The notes under the pieces were generated by a model. That model did not search any database and was not told where the DNA came from. It saw only the letters and a list, made by a program, of their open reading frames with translations. Of a DNA stretch of 64,000 nt, positions 60,335 through 64,000 are shown piece by piece; the first letter of the stretch is position 1; every line of letters begins with the position of its first letter. The position numbers were made by a program, and so were the translations under genes. The DNA is from Candidatus Bathyarchaeia archaeon (GTDB lineage: Archaea > Thermoproteota > Bathyarchaeia > Bathyarchaeales > Bathycorpusculaceae), in NCBI GenBank assembly GCA_050015395.1, contig JBEKBM010000013.1, positions 1 to 64,000 of the forward strand, given 5' to 3'.

Positions 60335-61614
60335 GAGTCTGGAAATCAGAAGCGCTGCCAGCAGACTGGTTTAAACGGCAGAAAGCGGACGAAAAGGCAG
60401 TTCAAGAAGTTGAAAACAGCGTTAAAGCTATCGTAAAGCAAGTCAAAGATAACGGCAATGGTGCGCTGGTTGAGTTTGCCCTAAAATTTGACAAAGCCGA
60501 ACTAACCCTGCGAACCCTTAAAGTCAAGACGGAAGAAATCAAGGAAGCTTACAAGAAAGCTAGCCTCGAACAAGTTTCAGCTCTAAAATTCATGAAAGAA
60601 AAAGTCAATGCCTTCCAAAAGCAACTGCTCACCCAAACTGAAATCAAGACCTCGAGCGATGGCATATGGGTTCAGACTGTTCTGCGTCCAATTGAAAGTG
60701 TCGGTTGCTACGTTCCAGGAGGACAAGCCGCTTACCCAAGCACGCTTATCATGACTGCGGTTCCAGCCAAAGTAGCAGGCGTCCCAAGGATTGTCGTTTG
60801 TTCACCACCAGACACAAAAGGCAAAGTTAACCCGCTCGTTCTTGTCGCCGCCGATATCTGCGGAGTCGATGAGGTTTACAAGGTTGGCGGAGCCCAAGCC
60901 ATAGCCGCTTTAGCTTACGGAACAAAAACCATAAAGCCTGTACGAAAAATCGTCGGTCCAGGCAGCAAATACGTGACAGCGGCGAAGGTTCTAGTTTCAA
61001 CGGATGTGGCGATTGACATGCCGGCTGGCCCAAGCGAAGTGCTCGTTTTGGCTGATGCGTCGGCTGATGCGCGGTTCATTGCTTTTGATATGGTTTCGCA
61101 GGCCGAGCATGGTGGAGACAGCGTTGCTGGACTCATAACAACTTCTGAAAAGGTTGCTTTGCAAGTTCAAGAGAATCTGGCAACGGTTGCCGCTTCAGCA
61201 GGAAGGGGCGAAAAAGTCTCAGAGGCACTAGCCAAATACGGCTTCATAATAGTCTGCAAAAGCATGGAAGAGGCGGTCAGTTTAGTTAATCAGTTTGCTC
61301 CTGAACACTTAGAAGTCATGACCGCTAAGCCCAAGGAGATTGCAGAGAAACTAACCGCTGGTCTCATACTCATAGGTCCATACAGCCCAGTTGCCCTAAG
61401 CGATTACGGCAGTGGAACCAACCACGTACTACCAACAGGCGGCTTCGCGCAGTCATTTTCAGGCTTATCCGCTTTGGACTTTATGCGGCGAGTAAGCATA
61501 GTCGAAAGCTCAAGAACAGGTCTAGAAAGAGTAAAAGACAGCATTAAGGTTATGGCAGAAGCAGAAAATCTTCCAAATCACTACAGAGCAATTCAGGCAA
61601 GGTTTGAAAAATGA
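60313..61614 (+). CDS. hisD: Histidinol dehydrogenase
   Basis: YVPGG, GGAQAIAA, DMPAGPSE, QAEH and GTNHVLPT. Confidence 0.96.
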   Translation: MQRQAQVRVWKSEALPADWFKRQKADEKAVQEVENSVKAIVKQVKDNGNGALVEFALKFDKAELTLRTLKVKTEEIKEAYKKASLEQVSALKFMKEKVNAFQKQLLTQTEIKTSSDGIWVQTVLRPIESVGCYVPGGQAAYPSTLIMTAVPAKVAGVPRIVVCSPPDTKGKVNPLVLVAADICGVDEVYKVGGAQAIAALAYGTKTIKPVRKIVGPGSKYVTAAKVLVSTDVAIDMPAGPSEVLVLADASADARFIAFDMVSQAEHGGDSVAGLITTSEKVALQVQENLATVAASAGRGEKVSEALAKYGFIIVCKSMEEAVSLVNQFAPEHLEVMTAKPKEIAEKLTAGLILIGPYSPVALSDYGSGTNHVLPTGGFAQSFSGLSALDFMRRVSIVESSRTGLERVKDSIKVMAEAENLPNHYRAIQARFEK

Positions 61615-62735
61615 GTGCATCATACAGGAAATGGCTTAAAGATAAACTCGTGAAGCTTCAAGCAATAGACTGCTACTCTGCTGGAGCTTCACCCGAAACA
61701 GTAGCGAAGCAAATAGGCGTCCCTACAAAACAAATAATCAAGCTAAATTTCAACGAGAACCTGTTCATTCCAAGAGCGAAGCAAGCTAAACTTGTTAAAG
61801 AGTTGGCTGATGAGATTGATTTGCGACTGTACCCTGAGGATGAAGAGGCAAAGCTGCGGGAAAAGCTTACTACGTACATTAAGGCTCCAAAAGACCGCCT
61901 CGTTGTTGGTAACGCAAGCGACGAATTAATCGACCGAATCGTTAGGCTTTTTGTTGAGAAAGATGAAAGTGCGGTTTCGTTTGCGCCAACATTCGCTATT
62001 CCAAGACTTTGCGTTAAACGGCAAGAAGGCGAATACTTTACGGTGCCGCTTCTAAGCAACTTGCAGCTTGATGTTAAAGGGATGCTGTCCAAGTTTTCGG
62101 ATAAAACCAGGTTACTGTACCTTTGTTCGCCCAATAATCCGACTTCGACCCAGTTTAAAGTAGAAGACGTTGAAACCTTAGCCAAAGCTTTTCCTGGAAT
62201 CGTCATCTTAGACGAGGCGTACGGTGAATTTGCTGACTACTCACTGGTGCCACGAATAGGTGAATTTGAGAACATGATTATTCTCAGAACGTTCTCCAAA
62301 GCCTTCGGTTTAGCTGCGCTGAGGCTAGGCTACGCCGTGGCAAATCCCGAGTTAGCAAAGATTTTGACCGAGAAAACTCCGTTGCCCTATCCTGTGAGTG
62401 GTTTCACGTTGAGGATGGGTTGCAAGATGCTGGATAATGTTGACTTGATGAAGGAATCCGTGAGGGAACTGAAACGCGAACGGGGAAAACTGATAAAGGC
62501 ACTAAACGAAATAGATGGCGTGCAAGCATTCGATTCACAAGCAAACTTCCTGCTAGTCAACACACAAAAACCCTGCGACCAAGTTAACGAGAAGCTACTA
62601 AAACGGGGCATAATGCTCAAGAAATGGGGCAAAATCCTCCAATACGAAAACTGCTTCCGCGTTACAGTTGGTTTGCCAGAAATGAATGCTAAACTAATTG
62701 AAGCGTTAAAGCAAATTCAAGGTGAAATGAAGTGA
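61611..62735 (+). CDS. hisC: Histidinol-phosphate aminotransferase
   Basis: NEN, PNNPT, DEAY and RTFSKAFGLAALRLG. Confidence 0.95.
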   Translation: MSASYRKWLKDKLVKLQAIDCYSAGASPETVAKQIGVPTKQIIKLNFNENLFIPRAKQAKLVKELADEIDLRLYPEDEEAKLREKLTTYIKAPKDRLVVGNASDELIDRIVRLFVEKDESAVSFAPTFAIPRLCVKRQEGEYFTVPLLSNLQLDVKGMLSKFSDKTRLLYLCSPNNPTSTQFKVEDVETLAKAFPGIVILDEAYGEFADYSLVPRIGEFENMIILRTFSKAFGLAALRLGYAVANPELAKILTEKTPLPYPVSGFTLRMGCKMLDNVDLMKESVRELKRERGKLIKALNEIDGVQAFDSQANFLLVNTQKPCDQVNEKLLKRGIMLKKWGKILQYENCFRVTVGLPEMNAKLIEALKQIQGEMK

Positions 62736-63307
62736 GAGCTGAAGAAGTTTACCGAAAAACCAAAGAAACAGAAGTTCAAGTAAAAGTGAACCTTGACGGC
62801 GAAGGAAAAGTCAACGTAGCCACGGGCGTGCCCTTCCTTGACCACATGATAACTTCACTTGCCACCCACAGCCTAATCGACATAACCGCGTCAGTGAAAG
62901 GCGATTTGGTGCACCACTCAGTTGAAGATTTAGCCATAGGCTTAGGTGAAGCATTAAACAAAGCCTTAGGCACACGAGAATGCATCGCACGTTTCGGCAA
63001 TGCCGCTGCGCCGATGGATTGCTCTTTAGCGTTTGCAGCCGTGGACTTGGTGAAACGTCCCTACTTCAAAATTGACCTTAAACTCAGAGGCAAAAAAGTA
63101 GAGAACATGCCAACCGAAGACATCAATCACTTCTTTGAATCCTTCGCCACTTCACTGCAGGCAAACGTCCACGTGTTCGTCGAATATGGCAGCAATGACC
63201 ACCACAAGGCAGAAGCGGCAGTTAAAGCCCTCGCCCTATCGCTTAGACAGGCGGTAGCCTTAGACCCAAGAAGAAAAGGTGTGCCAAGCTCAAAAGGAGT
63301 CATCTAA
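62732..63307 (+). CDS. hisB: Imidazoleglycerol-phosphate dehydratase
   Basis: RKTKET, FLDHM, HHSVED, NDHHKAEA and PSSKG. Confidence 0.95.
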   Translation: MRAEEVYRKTKETEVQVKVNLDGEGKVNVATGVPFLDHMITSLATHSLIDITASVKGDLVHHSVEDLAIGLGEALNKALGTRECIARFGNAAAPMDCSLAFAAVDLVKRPYFKIDLKLRGKKVENMPTEDINHFFESFATSLQANVHVFVEYGSNDHHKAEAAVKALALSLRQAVALDPRRKGVPSSKGVI

Positions 63308-63912
63308 TGCCAAAAGTAGTAATATTCGACTATGGCGTAGGAAACCTGCTCAGCCTAAAATGCGCCCTAGAAAAAGCAGGCTTAGATACATCAATTGGCA
63401 CTTCGGCGCAACAATTAGCCAAGGCAGATGCCATTGCTTTGCCTGGTGTTGGGAACTTTAGCGCTGCAGTCACAAAACTGGACGCGGCCAAAGAGACGCT
63501 CATAAACAAGGTTGAAGATGGTACACCGCTGCTCGGTATATGCTTAGGCTTGCAGCTTTTCTTTGAGGAAAGCGAAGAAGGACCAGGAAACGGCTTAGCA
63601 CTCTTCAAGGGCAAAACAGTCCGCCTGCCCAACACTGTTAAGGTGCCGCACATGGGATGGAACACACTAAACATCGTTAAACAAAACGAGCTTTTCGACG
63701 GCGTAAAGGAGGACTCTTACGTTTACTTTGTCCACTCGCTCTACCCTGTCCCAGTTGACAAAACGATAGTGTGCACACAAACCGAATACGGCACAACCTT
63801 CACTTCAGCAATAGCCAGCAAAAACGTTTACGGCACACAGTTCCACCCAGAAAAATCAGGCGACATAGGATTAAAAATTCTGAAAAACTTTGCTAAAGCA
63901 GTGGTAAGGTGA
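63307..63912 (+). CDS. hisH: Imidazole glycerol phosphate synthase glutaminase subunit
   Basis: LPGVG, GICLGLQ, VPHMGWN and QFHPEKS. Confidence 0.96.
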   Translation: MPKVVIFDYGVGNLLSLKCALEKAGLDTSIGTSAQQLAKADAIALPGVGNFSAAVTKLDAAKETLINKVEDGTPLLGICLGLQLFFEESEEGPGNGLALFKGKTVRLPNTVKVPHMGWNTLNIVKQNELFDGVKEDSYVYFVHSLYPVPVDKTIVCTQTEYGTTFTSAIASKNVYGTQFHPEKSGDIGLKILKNFAKAVVR

Positions 63913-63918
63913 CTTTGG

Positions 63919-64000
63919 ATGCAGTTAATTCCAGCCATAGACCTCATGAATGGCAAAATCGTCAGGTTATCCCGCGGCGACCCAAAGACTGCTAAGGTTT
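63919..64000 (+). CDS. hisA: HisA, 5' part only (runs off the window)
   Basis: MQLIPAIDLMNGKIVRL directly after hisH. Confidence 0.88.
   Translation, partial: MQLIPAIDLMNGKIVRLSRGDPKTAKV

Noticed and set aside
11132-63674. Numerous antisense or alternate-frame ORFs overlapping well-supported genes
   Set aside because: Shadow ORFs with no motifs or initiation signals

Overview
Archaeal chromosomal DNA, most likely Bathyarchaeia (inferred from gene content and frequent TTG/GTG starts, not from a marker search). Core genes: archaeal lipid synthesis (DGGGP synthase, polyprenol kinase), Mrp, Alba, RPA, Hsp20, branched-chain amino acid enzymes, a protein mannosylation cluster, the AMP pathway (R15P isomerase, form III RuBisCO, AMP phosphorylase), an nfnAB-like operon led by a (ferredoxin-MvhD)x2 protein, TrxB, a rubredoxin-fused ThDP enzyme and hisGDCBHA. 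Three tRNAs: Ala-TGC, elongator Met with two non-canonical introns, and initiator Met with a 37/38 intron. Accessory DNA: an island downstream of tRNA-Met (~22.7-31.9 kb) with TA modules, an IS remnant, orphans and a C39-protease/winged-helix operon; and a four-gene nuclease/glycosylase cassette inside the RuBisCO cluster. The best candidates for undescribed systems are that cassette, the C39 operon, a dispersed 23-bp-periodic repeat and the Fd-MvhD-NfnAB module. No CRISPR array or rRNA was seen. All family calls come from motif recognition, not database searches.
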